DNA of 64,000 bases from Acidimicrobiales bacterium (GCA_963422745.1 OY730477.1:759734-823733); one strand, 5' to 3'. Positions 1-8,532 are shown, counted from the stretch's first letter. A program made the numbers and translations. Notes: a model not told the origin generated them from the letters alone.

Positions 1-2219
1 CCGACTGGTGCGGATGTTGTGTTGGTTGGTCCTGCGGTGACTTCTTATGCTAGTGATTATTCGGTTTCGTTTGAGGTAGCGGAGCAGAACTTGCGTCGTA
101 TTTCGGAGTTGCAGGAGCTGATGGTTTCGATCATTGGCCTGGAACGTTCGCGAGTCGCTGGTACTGGTATTGATCATGGTATGGACATGCGTGGGTGGGT
201 TTGGTTGGTTGGCGATGATCCAGCATCCGCGAGCGCGGCGCGGATCGCGGACGCGTATGATGATATGGAGATACGTTTCGGCGCAGATCACACGTATGCA
301 GAGCTGCGCGAAGCTCAGGACAGCTTAGATTTTGATAGTGTCGCTGGCCCGGAGACCAAAGCAAGGCTATCTGATATGGTGGTGTACACGGCTGTGGATG
401 TGGATGCCAACAGCGTTGAGATCGGAATTGACCCAGCCCGGGCATATACCCGTGTGCCTAGGTCCACCTCAGCGTCTCCGGTATCGGATGAAGAACTCGC
501 TACTGAAGCTGATTGGGTTGTGTCAGTGCTTAAGGGTTATGTTGATGTGCCGATAGTTATCGGCGATGGACGAGGTTACGGTTCAACGGCTAGTTTTCTG
601 GGTGGTGAAGAGATGGGACTGTGTACTTCGGGGTTTGCTGCTAAACAAAATGGTGGGCCTTACGGGATCATCACCGCTGGTCACTGCGAAGAGTTCATTG
701 TTATGAATGGAATTCGTTTACCGTATGTGGTTTGGTTGGGCGAGCAGAACCGCTGATGGCGCAGTTCCATGTCATCCCGCTGCCAGCAAACCCCGGAGAT
801 GAGTACCACAACCTGTCTAATACCTACAGAACTAGGCGTCATCAGTGCCATAATGTATATACAATATGTGAAGTCAGAAGCGACATATCCCGATTTGGCA
901 TGCAAGACTATGATCAGAATATCCAGGTCATAAGACGTGATTATGTTTGCCATACCGGAGAAAGTAGTGGTGTATCCTGCGGAACAATCACAAACATAGA
1001 TCTAGCACCAGAGTACGAAGATGACCTGGATGATCAGGGTGGCAATAGGCATGCTTGCCGAGAAGAAAACGACGCCGCTGTTGATTGTGATCCTGTCTTC
1101 GTCAGAGTATATGGTCCTTCGCTTAGACAATGTGGAGGAGATAGTGGCGGTCCTTGGTATGGCGGGCGGGGTGTTGCTTATGGAATCCATAAGGGCGGAA
1201 GTAATAGAGGCGATTGCACGACAGAAGGTAAGTACGCCTTCTTTTCTGCTGTAAGAGAAGTAGAAAATTTTCTTGGGGTTCAGGTATTGACCGCAGATCC
1301 GTCGCCGCCCGGCGCCTTGGGTGATGTCAGCGCTACTATAGACCCCAATGATGTGCGGGTTGGCTGGTCGGCTCCGAGTTCTGGTGCTGCTGGCTATATC
1401 ATATCTCGCAAGATCCATCTTTGGGATCAGCCATACCGTGAAATCGCCAGAACATCCATGAAAATCGTCTACAACCCTGATACCTATTTCTATGATCCTT
1501 TCTCGGGTTTGGTACCGGGGATGCGATACACCTATCGAGTCAAGGCTATCGACAACCTTGGTAATACCGGATCCTGGTCATACTCCAATACTATAACCGC
1601 CCCCACAAAAGAAACGATTCCACAAGAACCGGTTCCTGGCCCTCCAACAAATGTCCGCGTTACGAAAGGTCCTCGTTATGTGAGGGTTGGGTGGTCCGCT
1701 CCGTCTACCGGCGCGACCAAATATCAAATTTATCGGCGAATCGCGCGGCACGGGTATGAATACGCCAGGATTGCGACGACGTCTGATACCTATTTCTATG
1801 AACTACTGGCAGGTCTAAACCCTGGCACGGAATACTACTACCGGGTCAAAGCTGTCAACAGTCTCGGCGATGCCGGGCCCTGGTCAAACTATGGTGCTAT
1901 CATCACTCCCAAACAAGAAACGATTTCGCCAACAGCGATTCCTGGCCGTCCAACAAATGTCCGTGTTACTATGGGCCCCCGCTACATAAGGGTTGGGTGG
2001 TCCCCTCCGTCTACCGGCGCGACGAAATATCATATTTATAGGCTAATCGGGCGGGATGGCAATAAATTAACCAGGATCGCGACGACGTCTGAGATCTATT
2101 TCTATGAGCTAGTGGCAGGTCTAAACCCTGGCACCACATACTACTACCGGGTCAAAGCCGTCAACAGCCTCGGCGATACCGGGCCCTTGTCGACCGCCGG
2201 TGCTATCACCACCCCATAG
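1..2219 (+). pseudogene. Secreted S1 serine protease (alpha-lytic protease/streptogrisin-like) with 3 C-terminal FN3 domains, cassette copy 1; 5' end lies outside the window; reading frame broken
   Basis: ORFs 19..756 and 732..2219 are colinear with the intact paralog 4336..6660. Relative to that copy there are two 1-nt insertions (about 731 and 757) and a TGA at 754-756. TAGHC and GDSGGPWY motifs are present. The catalytic-Asp context TADAQFHV reads PLMAQFHV in the downstream frame. Confidence 0.8.
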
Positions 2220-2228
2220 CAATAACCT

Positions 2229-2396
2229 CAGTTGATCCACACACCTAACACTGAACCAAACCCAAACGGTGTGCGTGGTGTGGGTGAGACTGGCATTGTC
2301 GCGCCTATGGCAACGATCGGTAACGCGATCAATCGGGCTACGGGTGTGAGGTTGACGTCGTTGGCGATGTCAGCCGAAGGTGCTGGCAGCGCTTGA
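2229..2396 (+). pseudogene. 3' remnant (about 55 codons) of a xanthine dehydrogenase/aldehyde oxidase-family molybdopterin-binding subunit gene (cassette 1 copy)
   Basis: It translates to QLIHTPNTEPNPNGVRGVGETGIVAPMATIGNAINRATGVRLTSL... This fits the C-terminal block I remember for this family (G.GE....P..A..NA...ATG.R...LP..P..V). Stops at 2217-2228 leave no upstream coding continuation. A 2-nt deletion relative to 6670..6852 scrambles the last codons. Confidence 0.6.
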
Positions 2397-2410
2397 GGAG
2401 AGCGGTTGAT

Positions 2411-2656
2411 GTGGTGACCGTTCATTTGATGACGGATCATCGTCGCTTTACCGGCGGTGAGGGTGTTATTGAGGTGGACGGCCGAACCGTCGGCGAGGTG
2501 ATCGACAATCTTGAGGTTCGCTATCCGGGGTTGGGTGAGTTGTTGCGCAACGGGTCGTCTGCTGGGATGCACGGCGAGATCCACAGCGAACCCGACTATG
2601 TTGCTGTGCAACCTGGCACGGTGATCTACTTCGTTGCTCCCCTTGCTGGGGGTTGA
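2411..2656 (+). CDS. MoaD/ThiS-family ubiquitin-like small protein ending in Gly-Gly (cassette 1)
   Basis: About 81 aa: VVTVHLMTDHRRFTGGEG..VEVDGRTVGEVIDNLEVRYPGLGELL...VIYFVAPLAGG-stop. The length, the RYPGL motif and the C-terminal GG are typical of MoaD-like sulfur carriers. GAGGAG lies upstream of the GTG at 2411. The start is uncertain (TTG at 2393 is also in frame). Confidence 0.6.
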   Translation: MVTVHLMTDHRRFTGGEGVIEVDGRTVGEVIDNLEVRYPGLGELLRNGSSAGMHGEIHSEPDYVAVQPGTVIYFVAPLAGG

Positions 2657-2966
2657 ACTGTAGGTTCAAGAGGCGGCTGCCGGTTGGGGTAAGCAGTGCT
2701 TGAAGTGATCTCAGATCGGTGTCCGTCGGGGCCGATTGCTCGGTGGCCGGTTGGTTGGTGGCCGCCTTTGGTTCCTCCGAGACGTGGGTCGGCGTGGGCA
2801 TCTGTCTTTTTTGCTGAATGCCACATGGTTGGTTGCTGTGACCTTGCCGATCCCGGCGTGGTCGGCTGCGCAGGCCAGATTGATCATTGATGGTCTGGTC
2901 ATGGTTCGGCTTCCCCCTCTGAAGGGGCCTGGGAGCACACCAGTCGGGGTGGGAATGCTAGGTATT

Positions 2967-2996
2967 TTGTTTTCGTACGGTGGTGTGTGTTATGAT
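2967..2996 (+). promoter_or_regulatory. Candidate promoter TTGTTT-18 nt-TATGAT ending 7 nt before the lipoprotein ATG (leaderless-type arrangement)
   Basis: The hexamers were read directly. The same arrangement is conserved in cassette 2 (7194..7224, TTGTTT-19 nt-TATGGT, also 7 nt before the ATG). Confidence 0.3.
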
Positions 2997-3002
2997 GTGG
3001 TG

Positions 3003-4349
3003 ATGTTGGTGAAGCGTTTGTTACAGGGTGGTTGTGGGTTTTTGGTTCGTGGGGGTGTGTTGGTGCGGTGTGTGTTGTTGGGTTTGGTTGTGGTGGTGTT
3101 GGTTGGTTGTAGGGGTGGGTCATCTGCGGAGCCCGAGGTAACGGTAGAGCCTGTGGTGACGGGAGAGCCTGGGGAGACTGGGTTGCTTGGTGATGTGGCT
3201 GTTGGTGTGGGGGAGTTGTGTGGTGAGCCTGTGGTGTTGGATGAGCCTGAGGATCGTGATGAGATTATTGGGGTGCCGTGGCCTCAGCGGGGGTGGGTGT
3301 GGGATGTTGATGATCCGCTTTGGGATTGGGATGTTGATGAGTATGTAAGGGATTTTTCGGTGTCGCGTGAGGTGGCGCAGCGGAGAAAGGATCGTTTGGG
3401 TGTGGTTTTGTCTGCGATGAAATCGATTGTGAGTTTTGAGTATTCTAGGGTGGCGAATTGGGGAGTTCGCAATTCTGAAGATAACATGTCGGGGTATGTG
3501 TTGTTGGCTGGTTCGGGTCCTGTGTGTTTGGAGGCTTTCGAGTTGGCGGAGAGTTTTGTGGATTTGGAGATTCGTGTCGGGGCACCGGATTCAAGAGTTG
3601 AGTTGGTGGCTGCGGAGGCCCGGATGCGTGAGTTGTTCGGGGTGGGTGGTTCTTTGAGGAAGATTTCGGAGGGTGGAGAGGAATATCGTATTACCGGGCT
3701 TGCTTTTCGTGCTGTTGAGTCTAGTGGTGATGTTGGGTTCCCTGTGTTGCAGGTTCGGGTGTATCCTACTTCTTTGATTGATCGGGTGCCTGATCGTTTG
3801 GCTCCAGCGGATTTGGCGTTGGTGAGCGCGCAGGAGCGCCAGGCGATGTTTGATTGGGTGGCTGAGGGCCTGGCTGAGTATCTTGATGTGGGTTTCGTGA
3901 TGGTAGATCGCATCACGGAGGGCCCTCCCGGGGATTTGGTTGTGGCCCCGGATTATGGTCCGGGTGTGCCGGGATACGACCCGGATATGCCGCTGGAGAG
4001 ACTATTCAGGTATTCTCCTGATATGGTATTCTATTCTGCTTTGGTTGAAGGGGTTCTTAGCATTGAGGAGCCGTGTGTGTATATTGACGATTATATATTG
4101 AAGCTTCCGGAGTTTCTTACGCGTTATGATCCCGCAACGGGCCAGCTTTGGGTCCAAGGCGATGGTCCTTTCGTCACCGGTGATAAAGTCTTCGTTGGTG
4201 GAGGACAAGGTGGTAATAGTAAACCAGGATCAGTATGCGAACCGCGAAAAGAAATCAGATCGAGCGAGGATGGTTCATGGACCGGAGATAGAAATACATG
4301 GTCCGGAACCAGTATGACACTAGAGGAGGGCCGGTATGAAGGACCGTAA
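3003..4349 (+). CDS. Putative lipoprotein whose N-terminal region is homologous to the pro-region of the adjacent S1 protease; no protease domain (cassette 1)
   Basis: The signal MLVKRLLQGG..VLLGLVVVVLVGC has a lipobox-like LVGC. The segment DFSVSREVAQRR..SRVANWG..GYVLLAGSGP..LEIRVGAP..EL aligns with the protease pro-region DYSVSFEVAEQN..SRVAGTG..GWVWLVGDDP..IEIRFGAA..EL. The ORF-track start at 2736 is probably too far upstream. Confidence 0.7.
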   Translation: MLVKRLLQGGCGFLVRGGVLVRCVLLGLVVVVLVGCRGGSSAEPEVTVEPVVTGEPGETGLLGDVAVGVGELCGEPVVLDEPEDRDEIIGVPWPQRGWVWDVDDPLWDWDVDEYVRDFSVSREVAQRRKDRLGVVLSAMKSIVSFEYSRVANWGVRNSEDNMSGYVLLAGSGPVCLEAFELAESFVDLEIRVGAPDSRVELVAAEARMRELFGVGGSLRKISEGGEEYRITGLAFRAVESSGDVGFPVLQVRVYPTSLIDRVPDRLAPADLALVSAQERQAMFDWVAEGLAEYLDVGFVMVDRITEGPPGDLVVAPDYGPGVPGYDPDMPLERLFRYSPDMVFYSALVEGVLSIEEPCVYIDDYILKLPEFLTRYDPATGQLWVQGDGPFVTGDKVFVGGGQGGNSKPGSVCEPRKEIRSSEDGSWTGDRNTWSGTSMTLEEGRYEGP

Positions 4350-6660
4350 GATGGTTGGTTTGCAGGCAGGTACGATGACCTGGGTGAGGTATTATCATCT
4401 GGTTCTGTTGGTCTTAGTGTTTGGTGTGTTGTTGTTGGCTGGACCGGTTGCGGCTCAAGCGGATCCCGATGATGTTACGACTGGTGCGGATGTTGTGTTG
4501 GTTGGTCCTGCGGTGACGTCTTATGCTAGTGATTATTCGGTTTCGTTTGAGGTAGCGGAGCAGAACTTGCGTCGTATTGTCGAGTTGCAGGAGATTATGG
4601 TTTCGATCATTGGCCTGGAGCGTTCGCGAGTGGCTGGTACTGGTATTGATCATGGTGTGGACATGCGTGGGTGGGTTTGGTTGGTTGGCGATGATCCAGC
4701 ATCCGCGAGCGCGGCGCGGATCGCGGACGCGTATGGTGATATTGAGATACGTTTCGGCGCAGCTCACACGTATGCAGAGCTGCGCAAAGCTCAGGACAGC
4801 TTGGACTTTGATAGTGTCGCTGGCCCGGAAACCAAAGCAAGGCTATCTGATGTGGTGGTGTATACGGCTGTGGATGTGGATGCCAACAGCGTTGAGATCG
4901 GAATTGACCCAGCGCGGGCACATACCCGTGCGCGTAGATCTATTTCACCGGTTCCGGTATCGGATGAGGAACTCGCTACCGAAGCTGATTGGGTTGTGTC
5001 GATGTTTAAGGGTTATGTTGATGTGCCGATAGTTATCGGCGATGGACGAGGTTACGGCCCCACAGCTAGTTTTCTGGGTGGTGAAGAGATGGGACTGTGC
5101 ACTTCGGGGTTTGCTGCTAAACAGAATGGTGGGCCTTACGGGATCATCACCGCTGGTCACTGCGAAGAGAAGATTGTGATGAACGGAATTGAATTACCGA
5201 ATGTGGTTGGTTGGGAAAGCAGAACCGCTGACGCTCAGTTCCATGTCATCCCGCTACCAGCAAACCCCGGAGATGACTACCACAACCTGTCTAACACCTT
5301 TAGAACCAGGCGCCATCAGTGCCATAATGTATACACAATATGTGAAGTCAGAAGCGACATCAGCCGATTTAGCATGCAAGACTATGATCAGAACATCCAG
5401 GTGACAAGAGGTGATTATGTTTGTCATACAGGACATAGGAGTGGCGTATCCTGCGGAACAATCACAAATATACATCTAGTACCACGATTCCCTGAGGAGG
5501 ATGACCCTGCTTGCCGAGAAGAAGATAATGGTGCCGGGGTTGTCTGTGCCGCTGTCTTCGTCAGAGTTACTGGTCCTTCACTTAGAGAATGTCGAGGTGA
5601 TAGTGGCGGTCCCTGGTATAGCGGTCTGGGTGTTGCTTATGGAATCCATATGGGCGGAAATGGAAGAAGAGATTGCACGAACCCAGGCAAGCGGGCAATA
5701 TTTTCTGCTGTAAGAGAAGTAGAAAGTTTTCTTGGGGTTCAGGTATTGACTGCACCTCCGTCGCCGCCCGGCGCCCCGGGTGAGGTCAGCGCTACTATAG
5801 ACCCCAATGATGTGAGGGTTGGCTGGTCGGCTCCGAGTTCTGGTGCTGCTGGCTATATCATATCCCGCAAGATCCATCTTTGGGATCAGCCATACCGTGA
5901 AATCGCCAGAACATCCATGGAAATTGAATATAGTCCTGATACCTATTTCTATGATCGCCTCTCGGGTTTGGTACCGGGGATGCGATACACCTATCGAGTC
6001 AAGGCTATTGACAACCTTGGCAATACCGGATCCTGGTCATACTCCGATACGATAACCGCCCCCACACTAACCGCGATTCCTGGCCCTCCAACAAATGTCC
6101 GCGTTACGAAAGGTCCCCGTTATGTGAGGGTTGGGTGGTCCCCTCCGTCTACCGGCGCGACCAAATATCAAATTCATAGGCGAATCGCCCGGGATGGCTA
6201 TCAATACACCAGAATCGCGACGACGTCTGAAATCTATTTCTATGAGCTAGTGGCAGGTCTAAACCCCGGCACCGAATACTACTATCGGGTCGAAGCTGTT
6301 AACAGTGTCGGTGATACCGGGCCCTGGTCGAACTATGGTGCTATCACCATCCCTACACAAGAAACGACAATAACAGCGGTTCCTGCCAGCCCAGGAAATG
6401 TCAGTGTTACTCAAGGTCCTCGTTATGTGAGGGTTGGGTGGTCCGCTCCGTCTACCGGCGCGATGAGATATCATATTTATCGGCGAATCGCGCGGGACGG
6501 CTATAGATACGCTAGGATCGCGGCAACATCTGATACCTATTTCTATGAGCTAGTGGCAGGTCTAAGCCCCGGCACCGAATACTACTATCGTGTCAAAGCC
6601 GTCAACAGCCTCGGTACTACCGGACCCTTCTCAAACTATGGCGCCATCACCACCCCATAG
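4336..6660 (+). CDS. Secreted S1 serine protease (alpha-lytic protease/streptogrisin-like): signal peptide + pro-region + catalytic domain + 3 FN3 domains; the only intact copy
   Basis: 774 aa. GAGGAGGG lies before the ATG at 4336. The signal ends ..LLLAGPVAAQA. Catalytic motifs are ITAGHCE (His), TADAQFHV (Asp context), CHTG..SGVSCGTI and GDSGGPWY (Ser). Three approximately 95-aa repeats have the FN3 signature (P.NV.V....Y.RVGWS.P..GA..Y.IYR..........T....Y.....L.PGT.YYYRV.A.N..G..GP.S). Confidence 0.85.
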   Translation: MKDRKMVGLQAGTMTWVRYYHLVLLVLVFGVLLLAGPVAAQADPDDVTTGADVVLVGPAVTSYASDYSVSFEVAEQNLRRIVELQEIMVSIIGLERSRVAGTGIDHGVDMRGWVWLVGDDPASASAARIADAYGDIEIRFGAAHTYAELRKAQDSLDFDSVAGPETKARLSDVVVYTAVDVDANSVEIGIDPARAHTRARRSISPVPVSDEELATEADWVVSMFKGYVDVPIVIGDGRGYGPTASFLGGEEMGLCTSGFAAKQNGGPYGIITAGHCEEKIVMNGIELPNVVGWESRTADAQFHVIPLPANPGDDYHNLSNTFRTRRHQCHNVYTICEVRSDISRFSMQDYDQNIQVTRGDYVCHTGHRSGVSCGTITNIHLVPRFPEEDDPACREEDNGAGVVCAAVFVRVTGPSLRECRGDSGGPWYSGLGVAYGIHMGGNGRRDCTNPGKRAIFSAVREVESFLGVQVLTAPPSPPGAPGEVSATIDPNDVRVGWSAPSSGAAGYIISRKIHLWDQPYREIARTSMEIEYSPDTYFYDRLSGLVPGMRYTYRVKAIDNLGNTGSWSYSDTITAPTLTAIPGPPTNVRVTKGPRYVRVGWSPPSTGATKYQIHRRIARDGYQYTRIATTSEIYFYELVAGLNPGTEYYYRVEAVNSVGDTGPWSNYGAITIPTQETTITAVPASPGNVSVTQGPRYVRVGWSAPSTGAMRYHIYRRIARDGYRYARIAATSDTYFYELVAGLSPGTEYYYRVKAVNSLGTTGPFSNYGAITTP

Positions 6661-6669
6661 TAATCACGT

Positions 6670-6852
6670 CAGTTGATCCATACACCTAGCACTGAACCAA
6701 ACACAAACGGTGTGCGTGGTGTGGGTGAGACTGGCATTGTCCCGCCTATGGCAACGATCGGTAATGCCATCAATCGGGCTACAGGTGTGAGGTTGACGTC
6801 GCTGCCGATGTCACCGCCGAAGGTGCTGGCAGCGCTTGAGGAGAGCGGTTGA
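6670..6852 (+). pseudogene. 3' remnant (60 codons + stop) of a xanthine dehydrogenase/aldehyde oxidase-family gene (cassette 2 copy, C-terminus intact)
   Basis: It translates to QLIHTPSTEPNTNGVRGVGETGIVPPMATIGNAINRATGVRLTSLPMSPPKVLAALEESG-stop. It follows directly after the protease stop at 6660, leaving no room for the rest of the gene. Confidence 0.65.
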
Positions 6853-6853
6853 T

Positions 6854-7099
6854 GTGGCGACCGTTCACTTGATGACGGATCATCGTCGCTTTACCGGCGG
6901 TGAGGGTGTTATTGAGGTGGACGGCCGAACCGTCGGCGAGGTGATCGACAATCTTGAGGTGCGCTATCCCGGGCTGGGCGAGTTGTTGCGCAACGGGTCG
7001 TCCGCTGGGATTGATGGTGAGATCCACAGCGAACCCGACCATGTTGCTGTGCAACCCGACACAACGATCTACTTCGTAGCTCCCCTTGCTGGGGGCTGA
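6854..7099 (+). CDS. MoaD/ThiS-family ubiquitin-like small protein ending in Gly-Gly (cassette 2)
   Basis: Paralog of 2411..2656 (VATVHLMTDHRRFTGGEG...IYFVAPLAGG-stop). The GTG at 6854 is preceded by GAGGAGAG. It starts 2 nt after the stop of the upstream gene remnant. Confidence 0.6.
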   Translation: MATVHLMTDHRRFTGGEGVIEVDGRTVGEVIDNLEVRYPGLGELLRNGSSAGIDGEIHSEPDHVAVQPDTTIYFVAPLAGG

Positions 7100-7193
7100 A
7101 AAGCAGGCCCAAGAGGCGGCTCTCGGTCGGGGCAAGCGGTGGGCCCTCTGCAGGGCCTGGGAGCGAACCAGTCGGGGTGGTGATGCCAGGCAC

Positions 7194-7224
7194 TTGTTTT
7201 TCATACGGCGGTGTGTGTTATGGT
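7194..7224 (+). promoter_or_regulatory. Candidate promoter TTGTTT-19 nt-TATGGT ending 7 nt before the lipoprotein ATG (cassette 2)
   Basis: This is the positional equivalent of 2967..2996. Its conservation between diverged cassettes is the main support. Confidence 0.3.
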
Positions 7225-7230
7225 GTGGTG

Positions 7231-8532
7231 ATGTCTGAGAAGTGTTTGTTGTTGGGTGGTTGTGGGTTTTTGGTTCGTTGGGGTGTGTTGGTGCGGTGTG
7301 TTGTGTTGGGGTTGGTTGTGGGGGTGTTGGTTGGTTGTGGTGGCGGGTCTCCTGAGGTCCCTGCAGAGCCTGAGGTGCCGGTCGAGTCTGTGGTGACGGC
7401 TGGGTTGCTTGGTGATGTGGCTGTTGGTTCGGGGGAGTTGTGTGGTGAGCCTGTTGTGTTGGATGATGCCACGGAGAGATGGCCGTCGCATCGGTGGGAT
7501 TGGGATGATGCTGCCCGGCATTGGGATGTTGATCTGTATGCGAGGCATTTTTCGGTGTCGCGTGAGGTGGCACAGCAGAGAGTGGATCGTTTGGGTGTGG
7601 TTTTGTCTGCGATGAAATCAATTGTGAGTCTTGAGTATTCTAGGGTAGCGAGTTGGAGATTTCATCGTACTGAGGATGGGATTGTGGGTTATGTGTTGTT
7701 GGCTGGTTCGGATCCTGTGTGTTTGGAGGCTTATGAGTTGGCGGCTAGTCTTGTGGATTTGGAGATTCGTGTCGGGGCACCGGATTCAAGAGTTGAGTTG
7801 TTGGCTGCGGAAGCCCGGATGTTTGAGTTGTTCCGAAAACGTGGTTATTTCAGAATAACTTCCATGGGTGGAGAGGAATACCGTATTCCTGGCCCTTCTA
7901 TTCTTGCTGATGGGTCTAGCGATGTTCGGTTCCCTGTGTTAGAGGTTCGGGTGTTTCCTAGTTCTTTGATTGGTCGGGTGCCTGATCGTTTGGCTCCAGC
8001 GGATTTGGCGTTGGTGACTGCTCAGGAGCGTCAGGCTATGTTTGATTGGGTGGCTGAAGGCTTGGCTGAGTATCTTGATGTGGGTTTCGTGATGGTAGAT
8101 CCCATCACGGAGGGCCCTCCTGGGGATTTGGTTGTGGCCCCGGATTATGGTCCGGGTGTGCCGAAATACGACCCGGATATGCCGTTGCAAAGACTATTCA
8201 GAAATCGGCCTGAGCTTCCATTCATGTTAGCTGGATATGAAGGGGTTCTTAGCATTGAGGAACCGTGTGTGTATATAGACGACTATATATTGAAGCTTCC
8301 GGAGTTTTTCACGCGTTATGATCCCCACACAGGCCAGCTTTGGGTACACGGCAATGGTCCTTTCGTCACCGGTGACAAAGTCTTCGTTGGTGGAGGACAA
8401 AGTGGTAATACTAAACCAGGATCAGTATGTGAACCGCGAAAAGAAATTAGATCGAGCGAGGATGGTTCATGGACCGGAGATAGAAATACATGGGCCGGAG
8501 ACAGTATGAAATTTCAGGAGGAAACGGAATGA
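7231..8532 (+). CDS. Putative prodomain-like lipoprotein, cassette 2 paralog
   Basis: MSEKCLLLGG...VVLGLVVGVLVGC has the lipobox. It is colinear with 3003..4349 and shares the conserved C-terminal block EEPCVYIDDYILKLPEF.TRYDP.TGQLWV.G.GPFVTGDKVFVGGGQ. Its stop overlaps the next protease ATG (ATGA at 8529-8532). Confidence 0.7.
   Translation: MSEKCLLLGGCGFLVRWGVLVRCVVLGLVVGVLVGCGGGSPEVPAEPEVPVESVVTAGLLGDVAVGSGELCGEPVVLDDATERWPSHRWDWDDAARHWDVDLYARHFSVSREVAQQRVDRLGVVLSAMKSIVSLEYSRVASWRFHRTEDGIVGYVLLAGSDPVCLEAYELAASLVDLEIRVGAPDSRVELLAAEARMFELFRKRGYFRITSMGGEEYRIPGPSILADGSSDVRFPVLEVRVFPSSLIGRVPDRLAPADLALVTAQERQAMFDWVAEGLAEYLDVGFVMVDPITEGPPGDLVVAPDYGPGVPKYDPDMPLQRLFRNRPELPFMLAGYEGVLSIEEPCVYIDDYILKLPEFFTRYDPHTGQLWVHGNGPFVTGDKVFVGGGQSGNTKPGSVCEPRKEIRSSEDGSWTGDRNTWAGDSMKFQEETE

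Noticed and set aside
2736-3002. Long N-terminal extension of the lipoprotein ORFs (2736..3002 and 7177..7230)
   Set aside because: The extension is not conserved between the two cassettes (cassette 1 has a ~215-nt insertion here). The conserved signal peptide and lipobox begin at the ATGs at 3003 and 7231.
2411-7099. Bacterial ubiquitin-like conjugation or defence system built around the GG-terminated protein
   Set aside because: No E1 (ThiF/MoeB), E2-like or JAB/JAMM gene is present in or next to the cassettes. The gene's position after a Mo-enzyme gene remnant suggests an ordinary MoaD-like origin. It is kept only as a low-confidence question in the findings.
6779-7621. Long antisense or shadow ORFs, e.g. 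6779..7621(-), 3284..3916(-), 13535..14410(-), 28869..29753(+), 32024..32788(-), 33265..34155(-), 47792..49012(+), 53215..54063(-), 56194..56616(-)
   Set aside because: Each lies opposite a gene with clear family motifs and has low-complexity, Arg/Pro-rich composition typical of high-GC shadow frames. 56194..56616 is produced by the 105-bp repeat.
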